Origin: Candidatus Saccharimonadales bacterium
GTDB lineage: Bacteria > Patescibacteriota > Saccharimonadia > Saccharimonadales > UBA10212
Direction: 5' to 3'
NCBI GenBank assembly: GCA_035718045.1
Contig: DASTHV010000021.1
Coordinates: 1-33,649, forward strand
DNA length: 33,649 nt
A model generated the notes under the pieces. It made no database searches, was not told where the DNA came from, and saw nothing but the letters and a program-made list of their open reading frames with translations. The position numbers and the translations under genes were made by a program. Every line of letters begins with the position of its first letter. The first letter of the stretch is position 1. Positions 24,865 through 33,269 of this stretch are shown piece after piece.

Positions 24865-26614
24865 AGAATGTTTGCTGCGGCTTATGATAATCACTGATTT
24901 TGATGGGCTCCTGAGAACCGTCTTTGGCCATGATGTAAAGTTCGCTGGCATCTTTGGAAACCAGTAGATAATCGTCGGTGTACCAGCCGTAGGTGTTGTA
25001 TTCACTTAAAGTGGCGATTTGTTTACCGTTTTCTCCCTCTTCATCGCCAATAAACAAGGTATTCTTGCCATCGCGCTGCTCGGCCCAGAAGGTCTGATTA
25101 CCGGATGGCGACAGCAGGTAAGTCGGATAGCTGGTGGTATAGAAATTCTCGGCGGTCATGTTGGAATCAGCTTTAACTTGACCGTCCGCAAAGATGTAGA
25201 AGTTGTCTTTTGTACCGTCAGAGAATTTCAGCTCGGTTTGGCTGGGGCTTTTAACTTGTTCTTCCAGGGTGACATCAATCGCTTGCGTACTGTCAGCTAG
25301 CCCAAACGATTTAATAGCCTTTTTGCCGCTGCCATCGGCATTGACGGCATTAAAGGTCGCCTGCTTGCTGGCAATGTCAGAAGAACTGACGTTAAAGCCG
25401 GCGGTCCAATTTTTAATATAGTAGACCTGGTTGTCGTAAGCGTACACGCCGCCCAGTAGCTCGCTGATATAATCATATTGATTGGTACCGCTGGCGGTAG
25501 TCTGATCCAGTACGATCAATTTTTTACTTGGGGCATTGAAGCTTTTTAGAGCTTGGCGGCCGGATTGCCAAAGCTGGGTATCGTTGCGTGTAACCGTGTA
25601 AATAAAGGTGTCATTAACCCAGCCAACCGGATTAAACGAGGCGCTGCCGGAATCTATAGTCGTTAGACTGTCATCGGCGGTATTAAGTAGATATAAGGAC
25701 GGGCTGTTGCCAGCCCGGCGAGATAACAAAGCTAGGTATTTCCAGTCGCGCGAGGCCAGTAAGACTGTGCCTTGGTCGTCTTCGTTGCCAGTGCCCGCCA
25801 GGACGGTTTGGCGGTCGGTTCCGTCAAGGTTGGTCTTCACCACGTCGATTTTGCCGCTTAATTTGGATAAAAAGTAAACTTGCCCGGCCGGCGTAAGATC
25901 GAACTGATTGTTTTGCACGCCGTCGTTGCTAATTTTGATGGTCACATCCGCCGAATTAAAGCCGTCTTTGTTAAGCGTTCCTTTTTGTTCGGCCAAGCCA
26001 ACCGGCAGGACAATTACCGCGCTGCCCGTAACATCGGTCTTGGCGGTAATTCCGGCTACTTTGATATTCACTCCGCTGAGCATATTTTTATTCACTAGAT
26101 TTCTGACACTAACCTTTACCTGCCGCCCAGTAGCGCTGAGCGCGATAACCGGCAGGGTTTTTTGCTTCAGGATAGGGGTTAGGACGTCTGTCTGATTAGT
26201 TTTATAGTACTTTTTGCTAAGTACAACTTGGTGATGACCGACCTTGGTTTGAGGCAAGGTGGCTTGGCCGGCGGCATCGGTTTCGACGCTATTTGAGCCG
26301 ATACTGACCATGGCACCGCTGACCGGCGTATTAGTGGTGGAATCAACTACTTTTATTTTTAAATCACGTTTTAATACCAGCCCGGCGGCGTGATAGCGGG
26401 TCCACGGTACACCGGCCAAGATTAAAATCACCAGCAACACTGTTAAGGGAATCGTCCACCTTTTGCGGCCGGTGTACCAACTTGTAAAGCGCGCCCAGCG
26501 GCCGGCCTTCTTTGGCAGAGGCGATTCAGCCGGAACTTGATTTTGTGCTATCGGCTGGGCTGGGGCTTCTGCCGGCGGCAGCGCCTGACCATTTGGAGGT
26601 GTTTCGTTTGCCAT
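24833..26614 (-). CDS. Large membrane-anchored extracytoplasmic protein (Ig-like/CarboxypepD_reg-like repeats plus a probable beta-propeller)
   Basis: Pro-rich cytoplasmic N-terminus and a TM helix (WTIPLTVLLVILILAGV). Repeats of the type KIKVVDSTTNTPVSGAMVSIG....TDAAGQATL. TolB-like strands (DGTDRQTVL, YLLSPSGNQTFWAE, DGKNTLFIGD). Gly/Tyr tail YGYGGGYGGL. Confidence 0.65.
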   Translation of the reverse strand: MANETPPNGQALPPAEAPAQPIAQNQVPAESPLPKKAGRWARFTSWYTGRKRWTIPLTVLLVILILAGVPWTRYHAAGLVLKRDLKIKVVDSTTNTPVSGAMVSIGSNSVETDAAGQATLPQTKVGHHQVVLSKKYYKTNQTDVLTPILKQKTLPVIALSATGRQVKVSVRNLVNKNMLSGVNIKVAGITAKTDVTGSAVIVLPVGLAEQKGTLNKDGFNSADVTIKISNDGVQNNQFDLTPAGQVYFLSKLSGKIDVVKTNLDGTDRQTVLAGTGNEDDQGTVLLASRDWKYLALLSRRAGNSPSLYLLNTADDSLTTIDSGSASFNPVGWVNDTFIYTVTRNDTQLWQSGRQALKSFNAPSKKLIVLDQTTASGTNQYDYISELLGGVYAYDNQVYYIKNWTAGFNVSSSDIASKQATFNAVNADGSGKKAIKSFGLADSTQAIDVTLEEQVKSPSQTELKFSDGTKDNFYIFADGQVKADSNMTAENFYTTSYPTYLLSPSGNQTFWAEQRDGKNTLFIGDEEGENGKQIATLSEYNTYGWYTDDYLLVSKDASELYIMAKDGSQEPIKISDYHKPQQTFYGYGGGYGGL

Positions 26615-26675
26615 TTTTATTGCTAATCTGCCTTAAACTATATAGCTTCGCGCCAGGAAAGCCTAGCGCTTTAGG

Positions 26676-27242
26676 CTAGAGCTTGCCGGTGAGCAGATTA
26701 GCCAGCTGCTCGGTCTGGGTTAGCGTGCGGTCCGCCGGAGTCGCTGGACCATAGCTTAAAACATACCAAATATTATTTTTCAAAATGTTCAATTGGCCAG
26801 TCTGTGCATCCCAATAGGCATCGTCGCCATAGCCAGTGACTTTTTGGTCCTGCGGGGCCGGGGGATAGTCAAATTCTTTTTGACCGACCTGCGTGCCAGC
26901 CGAGCTGGAGGGTGTTCTGACTGTTAAGCTAGCCGAGTTATTACTCGAAACTGGCGCGTTGCTGCCCGAGTCGGCTGTGTAGGAGCAGGTACTTACACTA
27001 AGGTCACTAGATGACTTATCCGGCGTGCTTTGACCGCCTTTGGCATTGTCGCCCAGCAGTTTTTTAGCGTCAGCCAGTGTGAATATGTCACAAGCTTTCT
27101 TATGAGCCGGTGCGGACTGAACCGATGAGGTGTCTAATGCGGCGTCGTTATGGCCGCGGCCATTATTCACCGCGATAATTATCAATGCGGCGGCGCCACC
27201 GACTAAAATCAACGCCAAAACATAACCAACGATTTTTCTCAT
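26676..27242 (-). CDS. Membrane-anchored exported protein (hypothetical; DUF3558-like pattern with two Cys)
   Basis: N-terminal TM helix (IVGYVLALILVGGAAALIIIAV), then ...KKACDIFTLADAKKLLG...VSTCSYTA... Confidence 0.55.
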   Translation of the reverse strand: MRKIVGYVLALILVGGAAALIIIAVNNGRGHNDAALDTSSVQSAPAHKKACDIFTLADAKKLLGDNAKGGQSTPDKSSSDLSVSTCSYTADSGSNAPVSSNNSASLTVRTPSSSAGTQVGQKEFDYPPAPQDQKVTGYGDDAYWDAQTGQLNILKNNIWYVLSYGPATPADRTLTQTEQLANLLTGKL

Positions 27243-27279
27243 AAGCCGATTGTAGCACTTAAGCGGCGGCTAGAGTCGC

Positions 27280-28056
27280 CTAATTAATCGATAAGGAGGT
27301 CAGCATTTTCTTAATGGGGCCAGAAAATGTATCAACATCCCAATTGCTAGCCGCGATGCTAAGCGGCTGGCCGTCCGCGCCGCTAAACGATAAAACTATC
27401 TCCGGATCCACGTTGGCGATATCGGATTTCGGTATATCCTGGCCCTTTTGATAGCCGGCATCGCCAGTTATGTAGACTCCGTCCAACGCGCCGGTGGTAG
27501 TAGTTTTGGAATATTGCAAAAAACTTAAATAAGTATTGCCGCGCTGGGTCTGAGTCGGTTTTGTATAAGCAACTTTTTCACTATCCATTACAGCCGTGGC
27601 GCTGCCGGCGTCAAACGCGCCAAGGTTTTGTCCCTTAGGCGTAATTGTCAGAATTTCGCGGGCGTTTACCGGTTGGCCGTTCGCGCTTTTCAGGCTAAGG
27701 CTGGGTGAAGTTACAGTCATCTTACCGCCGCCGTTATCGCTCAGCATCCAGTCCGCCGGATAGTCAATTCCTAGGTTGAAATTGGCCGAATCATAATGTT
27801 TCGTAGCGGCCGAGGCCGTATTATCGGATTGCTGCTGGGAGGAGGTGGTTGATTGAGCCGCCGACGGTGTTTGAGTCTGTTTTTTATTTTTATGAAACCC
27901 AAACCAGTAGCCGCCGGCGCCTAAGGCTATTATTAAAATTGCAATCAGGCCATACAGAACCACCTTCTTGGCGGTACTAGTACCCTTGTAATATTCGGGC
28001 GGTAAATATTCTTTTTTGGGCGCCGGCTCGGGCAAAGGTTCCTCGGTCGTTTCCAT
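27280..28056 (-). CDS. Membrane-anchored exported protein (hypothetical; PsbP/DcrB-like 'F.L.YP..W' pattern)
   Basis: Track ORF trimmed to ATG 28056, because a TATAAT box (28063..28068) sits between the TTG at 28086 and this ATG. TM helix VVLYGLIAILIIALGAGGYWFGF. Confidence 0.6.
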   Translation of the reverse strand: METTEEPLPEPAPKKEYLPPEYYKGTSTAKKVVLYGLIAILIIALGAGGYWFGFHKNKKQTQTPSAAQSTTSSQQQSDNTASAATKHYDSANFNLGIDYPADWMLSDNGGGKMTVTSPSLSLKSANGQPVNAREILTITPKGQNLGAFDAGSATAVMDSEKVAYTKPTQTQRGNTYLSFLQYSKTTTTGALDGVYITGDAGYQKGQDIPKSDIANVDPEIVLSFSGADGQPLSIAASNWDVDTFSGPIKKMLTSLSIN

Positions 28057-28093
28057 GCTTATATTATAGCTTCTAAGCGTTATCAAGATAAGA

Positions 28094-28120
28094 AAAAGGC
28101 AGGAAGATTTCCTGCCTTTT
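28094..28120 (-). terminator. Rho-independent (bidirectional-looking) terminator after the KGG stress gene
   Basis: aaaaggcagg-aagattt-cctgcctttt: a 10-bp perfect stem with U-tracts on both strands. Confidence 0.8.
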
Positions 28121-28139
28121 GTCTGCGGCTTTTAGTTAA

Positions 28140-28313
28140 CTAGCGATTCTTGTGGCTGCGTTTGCCACCTTTACGGGCCGCTGCGGTGCGGCCAGCCGCC
28201 CCACTGGCACCGCTGGTGCTGCCGCTAGCGCTGCTATTTTCGCCACCGAGGCGAGCCGCCTCTTCAGTATCTTCTCGGTTGCCGAACTGTCCTGGGTTGT
28301 TATCATCTGCCAT
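28140..28313 (-). CDS. KGG-repeat general stress protein (YciG/GsiB-like), 57 aa
   Basis: Start set at ATG 28313 with a perfect SD (AAAGGAGG). Sequence ADDNNPGQFGNREDTEEAARLGGENS...ARKGGKRSH resembles the E. coli YciG 'GNF..D.E.A...GRKGG..S' repeats. Confidence 0.6.
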   Translation of the reverse strand: MADDNNPGQFGNREDTEEAARLGGENSSASGSTSGASGAAGRTAAARKGGKRSHKNR

Positions 28314-28423
28314 GCCTACCTCCTTTTTAGTTAATGGCACTTACTAGAATAGCTAATTCCTGAATACAGCTCTATGAAACTGATAACTACTATCGTGTAC
28401 CCTATTTCACACCGGTTGGCGAG

Positions 28424-29221
28424 CTATTTTAAACTCTTTAACCAATCGTCTAGGGCAGTTTTAGCTTCTTGCAGCTCCCTACCGTATTCCTGAGTCTGAT
28501 TATTCCGCAAGCTATGTTCAGCACCGGTAATTTTTACAAATTTCTTGTTTTGGCTAGGAATTTTCTCAAATAATATTTCCTGGTTTTTGATCGGGCACGG
28601 TTTATCGGACTCGCCCGCCATAAACAAGACCGGCATAGTCAGCTTGTCGGCAGCTGGCAATAAGTCGTATTTTTTGATGCTTTCCGTAAACCCCCAGCCC
28701 GTTCGTCCTATCACCCCGGGCTTAGACCGGCTACGTTCTTCTCTGTATCCTTTTTCTTTCCAGGCCTCAAATTGCCCCGGTTCAAATGTCGAACTCCATA
28801 ACTCATAATTGACCGGCGGCGCAAACGGCGCCAGATATTTTATCTGCGCAGGATGATTCTCAGCGTACCAGGTTGTGGTTTGTGCCCCCATACTATGTCC
28901 GCATAGACTGAATGGTTCTTTGAACCAACTTTGCTGGCGTGCCCAGCTAATCACATCCTCTAAATCCGCCACATAGTTGTCATAGCTGACATTCATCATG
29001 TCGCCCTCGCTGTCACCTATTGAGTTCGTGGCGTCAAAGCGTACTACGCGAAAGTCGTTTTTCAGAAATATCTCGGCATAACCCTCAATGTGCATCTGCC
29101 TCATAAATCCACCTAGACCATGCATGATAAAAACCAATTTTTGAGGATTGTTCGGTGTATCAACCTGGATAACTAACTTCAGCCCCTGTCGATTTTTGAT
29201 CGTCACCCGCTCCGTGTTCAC
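28424..29221 (-). CDS. Alpha/beta-fold hydrolase
   Basis: Oxyanion HGLGGF, nucleophile elbow GHSMGA, and a C-terminal GAEHS (catalytic His). Confidence 0.8.
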   Translation of the reverse strand: MNTERVTIKNRQGLKLVIQVDTPNNPQKLVFIMHGLGGFMRQMHIEGYAEIFLKNDFRVVRFDATNSIGDSEGDMMNVSYDNYVADLEDVISWARQQSWFKEPFSLCGHSMGAQTTTWYAENHPAQIKYLAPFAPPVNYELWSSTFEPGQFEAWKEKGYREERSRSKPGVIGRTGWGFTESIKKYDLLPAADKLTMPVLFMAGESDKPCPIKNQEILFEKIPSQNKKFVKITGAEHSLRNNQTQEYGRELQEAKTALDDWLKSLK

Positions 29222-29222
29222 C

Positions 29223-30329
29223 CTATCCCTCGATACCGAAATAAGTTATTGACTCGGCCAGGTGTTTTTTACCATCTTCGATTTTTTGCTTCATGAAGTC
29301 GCTGGGCTCCCAGGCGTAACGGCGGGTGCGTAAAGTCATTTTTGAAATTACATAACGCAAACGTAAAAGTTCAAATTTATCTTCAAAGTCAGCCGGTTTT
29401 TCTGCGACTTGCCAGTAGCCATCCAAGAATTTTTCCTGTCGCTTAGGATCGAAAAAGGTGCTCCAACAAGCAATATCCGCGACCGGATCACCAGCCACGC
29501 ACTCATCCCAATCTAAAATACCGGTTATTTCCTGGCCATCTGTCAGTAAGTTCCAATCGGCAAAGTCGTTATGTACTAAGACGGCTTGCTTTATATCTAG
29601 CAAAGGATTATTAGCAAAAAGCTGGTCAACTTTTTTCGACTGCTCAGATGTTAGGATTGATTGCTTGACCAAAACACCCAGATTGAAAGACAAAGCGGCG
29701 TCTACCGCGTGGCCGAAGCCAGAATGAATACCCTTAAGTTTCCCTGTTTTGGCTAGGCGGTTATTAAATGGTCCAAAACCTTCAGCCTTTACTTCGTGAA
29801 GTCTAGCCATCATAGAGCCGATTTTGGGCAGCAAATCATTTTCAGTCTCCGGATGATCGTCTAGCCACCTCTGTACTGCTTTGCCGGGCAGTTTCTCCAT
29901 AACATGAAAGGCAAAATCACCTTCGCCTTGGTAATCGTGAATGGCCAGTGTGCTGTAACTGGGTAATCCGCTTTGCTTGGCGCGCCGGGCGGCTGCGGCC
30001 TCGGCGTGAAAGTACCCGTTAATAATGCCTTTCGGATGGCAGCGGATTATAATTTCTTCGCCAGAGGCTAGTCGCCCGACACGTACTGAGTTCACATTGC
30101 CCAAATTCGTTTGGGCTTTTGGGTCTAACGGCACAATTTCGATGATTTTATTATGCAATAACTCTTGGTTGACGCGTTCTAGTAATTCTTTATCATCAAA
30201 ATAGCGGTGCCTATCTGCCCAAATATGACCCGCTTCCTCAGGTTCTACAGCGCGGTCTGTCTGCCAGTAGAAAACTCGCGAGCGGTCAGCGATTTTTGCA
30301 TTAATTCTTTCCAAATCCGGCTGTTTCAT
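29223..30329 (-). CDS. Phosphotransferase of the APH/choline-kinase family (small-molecule kinase)
   Basis: Catalytic loop LVHNDFADWNLL (HxDxxxxN) and metal-binding ILDWDE. Confidence 0.8.
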   Translation of the reverse strand: MKQPDLERINAKIADRSRVFYWQTDRAVEPEEAGHIWADRHRYFDDKELLERVNQELLHNKIIEIVPLDPKAQTNLGNVNSVRVGRLASGEEIIIRCHPKGIINGYFHAEAAAARRAKQSGLPSYSTLAIHDYQGEGDFAFHVMEKLPGKAVQRWLDDHPETENDLLPKIGSMMARLHEVKAEGFGPFNNRLAKTGKLKGIHSGFGHAVDAALSFNLGVLVKQSILTSEQSKKVDQLFANNPLLDIKQAVLVHNDFADWNLLTDGQEITGILDWDECVAGDPVADIACWSTFFDPKRQEKFLDGYWQVAEKPADFEDKFELLRLRYVISKMTLRTRRYAWEPSDFMKQKIEDGKKHLAESITYFGIEG

Positions 30330-30333
30330 ACTC

Positions 30334-30975
30334 TTATCCTTGTCTTGTTAGCAGCTTGTCGAGCTCTGGGCGGACAAGTTCAAAAATTAATTGATGCCCG
30401 ACATCGTTGGGGTGCAAGCCGTCGATTAAAAGTTTCTTATCGTCATCAATTTCTTTTTTCATAGCGTCATATATCGGCACATACAGAACATCATACTCGG
30501 CGCAAACCTTACGGGCGGTTTTATCAAACGCCAATATCCGCTCGTTCGTGTAAATCAAGTCCTTGTGCCACCACGGCGGAACGGGATTAGTTAAGTCCTC
30601 TCCGCAAGGCCCAAGACCGATAAACATGATTTTAGAGGAATACTGCTTGGCTTTAGAAAAAAGCTCGTTAAGTTCCGCTTCAAATCTCTCTGGCGTCGAT
30701 TTTTCCTGACCATTCATAATGGAGGAGTCATTAATTCCGCAGGAAAGGACTATAGCTGTGTTCTTTCGAAGGCGCGCCTGCGTCTCCGAATCAAACCTGC
30801 GAAGAATATCGGCTGTAGTGTCGGCTGAGATGCCAAGATTAAAAATTGACAGACCATCTTTGGTTAGGTCTTTAACTTGCTGCTCATCGTAAAAAGCGCG
30901 CAACCTTTGCACCCAGCCGCCCTTAGTATCCCAATAGCCCTGTGTGATACTGGCGCCAAAAACCAAAACTCTCAT
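30334..30975 (-). CDS. SGNH/GDSL-family hydrolase
   Basis: Block I VLVFGASITQG (Ser nucleophile), block III GINDS and block V DGLHPN. Confidence 0.8.
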   Translation of the reverse strand: MRVLVFGASITQGYWDTKGGWVQRLRAFYDEQQVKDLTKDGLSIFNLGISADTTADILRRFDSETQARLRKNTAIVLSCGINDSSIMNGQEKSTPERFEAELNELFSKAKQYSSKIMFIGLGPCGEDLTNPVPPWWHKDLIYTNERILAFDKTARKVCAEYDVLYVPIYDAMKKEIDDDKKLLIDGLHPNDVGHQLIFELVRPELDKLLTRQG

Positions 30976-31949
30976 TAGATATAGCCCAGTTCTTTAAGGA
31001 CTTTTTCTTCAATATCCACAAAGCCTGATTTTTCTGCTTCTTTTCGCGCGGCCAAAGCCCGCTCGCCGGGGAGGCGGATTTCATCCACGCCCGCTCTTTT
31101 TCGCGATGACTTGATTTTCTTAATTAAATCAGAGGAATTTGCTTTGAACTCCTTTATGTCAATCAGCAAATCAGGATCAATAGCCATGAATAAAGCTCCC
31201 CACTCGCCTTCAAGATCACAATATGCAGCGCTTACCAACGGTCCGCCCATTATTTCTATAACCATACCAATCCCAGAGCTTTTGTAGCTGCGATCAAATG
31301 GCAGTAAAGCCCCTGCCATAGCCTCTGCCGGATCCGTGGTCAGATTACCGTCCCTATCAATCGCCATATTTTCTGGAATTTTCTCGCCTTTGGTTTTAGC
31401 CAAAACAAGTCCGTACCAAGTCATTGCTGACGTCGCTAAGTCCAAGATGAATGGATCCCCATTAGTTGGGAACGAAAAACCTATCGGGTTCGTACCAAAT
31501 AGCGGATCTATTGACTCGAAGGGAGCCACGGAGGCCGGCTGGCTGCAAAGCACAATACCGATTAAATCTTCTTGGGCAATCTTCTCCGCATAATAGGCTT
31601 GGGCCCCGTTGCTTGAAAAATAATTATGCACACCCACCATTCCAAAGCCATGTTCTTTGGCTTTTTTTATAACTGCTTCAGTGGCCACCATGGATACCAA
31701 AGGCGCCGGGTTGGCCCCCGCGTTTAGGAGTTGAGCTAGCTTTTTATCACGCTCGACTCTAATTTCGTGTTGGGCTTTTATGTTTTGAATCGGCTCGGTA
31801 CCGGTCATCTTAAGAATACCTTGCGTTTTGATACCCGACATTTCTGCCCATATTAAGTAGTCGGCTATTTTGCTGGACTCGGAAGGGCTGAAGTTTTTAC
31901 TTAACGTGTTTAGTACTTTTTCACGCAGATCGGCAATGGCTACTTTCAT
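30975..31949 (-). CDS. Ldh_2 family (malate/L-lactate/ureidoglycolate-type) NAD(P)-dependent oxidoreductase
   Basis: GMVGVHNYFSSNG (catalytic His region), LFGTNPIGFSFP and LATSAMTWYG. Confidence 0.8.
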   Translation of the reverse strand: MKVAIADLREKVLNTLSKNFSPSESSKIADYLIWAEMSGIKTQGILKMTGTEPIQNIKAQHEIRVERDKKLAQLLNAGANPAPLVSMVATEAVIKKAKEHGFGMVGVHNYFSSNGAQAYYAEKIAQEDLIGIVLCSQPASVAPFESIDPLFGTNPIGFSFPTNGDPFILDLATSAMTWYGLVLAKTKGEKIPENMAIDRDGNLTTDPAEAMAGALLPFDRSYKSSGIGMVIEIMGGPLVSAAYCDLEGEWGALFMAIDPDLLIDIKEFKANSSDLIKKIKSSRKRAGVDEIRLPGERALAARKEAEKSGFVDIEEKVLKELGYI

Positions 31950-31981
31950 AATGTAATTGTACGCTCGACGACAGTTTACAT

Positions 31982-32005
31982 AAATACTTAACTTGTTAAG
32001 TATTT
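31982..32005. repeat. 24-bp palindrome AAATACTTAAC-TT-GTTAAGTATTT (copy 3; 11-bp perfect arms)
   Basis: Read directly. It overlaps the EamA stop codon and the -35 region of the downstream Ldh_2 gene. Confidence 0.95.
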
Positions 32006-32901
32006 CCTGACGCGACTAGCTTTCTTTTATTGAATAGTGCTCGCAGATTTCCACTGCTCAGTATTGAAGCCAGGAAGATAAAAATCCCACCGATTAGCTC
32101 ATGCGGTGACGGCACCTCGCGGTATACCAGGTATCCTATTATCGTAGCGAATATCAGCTCGCTGGATAAAACAACCGTACCGATGTTAACGTCGGTATGA
32201 TGAAACCCGTATAGCAGTAAATTGGCCAAGCCGATTAGCAGAAAGGCGTAGATGATGGTCACGACTAAAGACCAGAAATCAAATTTAATAAAGATATTCT
32301 CGTTAGAGATAAGCGTCAATATAATAAGCAAAATTCCTGCTACACCGTATTGAATTCTCAAAACAGCCATGCGATTAATTCCGCCCAGACTCTTGCGCAG
32401 AGAGTTGGATACTCCGTCAATAAGCCCAGCCGCCAGCCCTAAAAAGATACCGGAGTTTACTGAAAGTAAAGAATCGGAGTAAAGACTTATTCCGGCAAGC
32501 GCCAGCAGGATAGCGATTATTTTAGTAGTATTAATCCTCTCTTTTAGTACGAATGTGCCGATCAAAAAAGCACTGATTATGCTGCCTGCGTAAAGCAGGA
32601 ATGTGGTATTGGCAATCGTAGTGCGCCGATATGAAAACGTTAATAATAGGACTAAGAATGGGAATGTGAGCCCTAAGGCAATGACGTTTTTTAGCTTATT
32701 TTTCGGAAAAATGATTTTTTGCCTTCTGAAATATAGAAAAACGATGACGATCAAAGCGGCAAGTGCGAACCGGACCGCGGCCTGAGCAACGTTCCCCCAC
32801 ATGTGGGCCATGATCCGTATAAACACGCCAAACATGGCATACATGAACGCGGCGCCTACCAGGGCAGTCGGTCCACCAATGTTCCGGCTATTCAACTTCA
32901 T
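31996..32901 (-). CDS. EamA/DMT-superfamily transporter (10 TM)
   Basis: 301 aa with two tandem 5-TM halves typical of EamA domains. Confidence 0.8.
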   Translation of the reverse strand: MKLNSRNIGGPTALVGAAFMYAMFGVFIRIMAHMWGNVAQAAVRFALAALIVIVFLYFRRQKIIFPKNKLKNVIALGLTFPFLVLLLTFSYRRTTIANTTFLLYAGSIISAFLIGTFVLKERINTTKIIAILLALAGISLYSDSLLSVNSGIFLGLAAGLIDGVSNSLRKSLGGINRMAVLRIQYGVAGILLIILTLISNENIFIKFDFWSLVVTIIYAFLLIGLANLLLYGFHHTDVNIGTVVLSSELIFATIIGYLVYREVPSPHELIGGIFIFLASILSSGNLRALFNKRKLVASGNT

Positions 32902-32967
32902 TTAAACCAATTGTACGACAAAGGGGGAGGTTTACAGAGTGGCTTTGATTTTTTAAAATCAAGGGTT

Positions 32968-33192
32968 ATGACAGATAGGTTTGAGTTTGATGGACCATTT
33001 GGGCCTAGCCCAGAAGGTCAACGCTTTCTGGATATGGAAAAGCCACTGGCTGAAGTTGATTGGCAACATCGCGCCGCGGTTCACGCTGACGCCTGGGAAG
33101 CCACCGGCGAGCATGAAGAGTTTGAGGCGCTACTGGGAGCGGCTGCGCTTGCCGTGAAGCAAATGCATACTCAAAAAGAATCAGAAGGTTAG
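32968..33192 (+). CDS. Small acidic hypothetical protein (74 aa)
   Basis: Track ORF 32803..33192 trimmed to ATG 32968, because the upstream part is antisense to the EamA gene. TAAAAT box 8 nt upstream. Confidence 0.45.
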   Translation: MTDRFEFDGPFGPSPEGQRFLDMEKPLAEVDWQHRAAVHADAWEATGEHEEFEALLGAAALAVKQMHTQKESEG

Positions 33193-33269
33193 AACGCCAA
33201 CTACGTCTGGAATAGTGCTGAGAGTTTTTTGACGGCTTACCTGGCGATTTAGAGCTACAATCTGACCTG

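Noticed and set aside
24865-25005. Track start of tsaC at 25005 (47 extra N-terminal residues)
   Set aside because: The extension lies entirely within the 3' end of the upstream 593-aa gene in another frame. YrdC/TsaC domains begin about 20 aa before the ...PSDTIYGL... motif, so a start at or below 24864 is more plausible.
32803-32967. N-terminal extension of the 32968..33192 ORF
   Set aside because: It runs antisense through the start of the EamA gene. The internal ATG at 32968 lies in the intergenic region behind a TAAAAT box.
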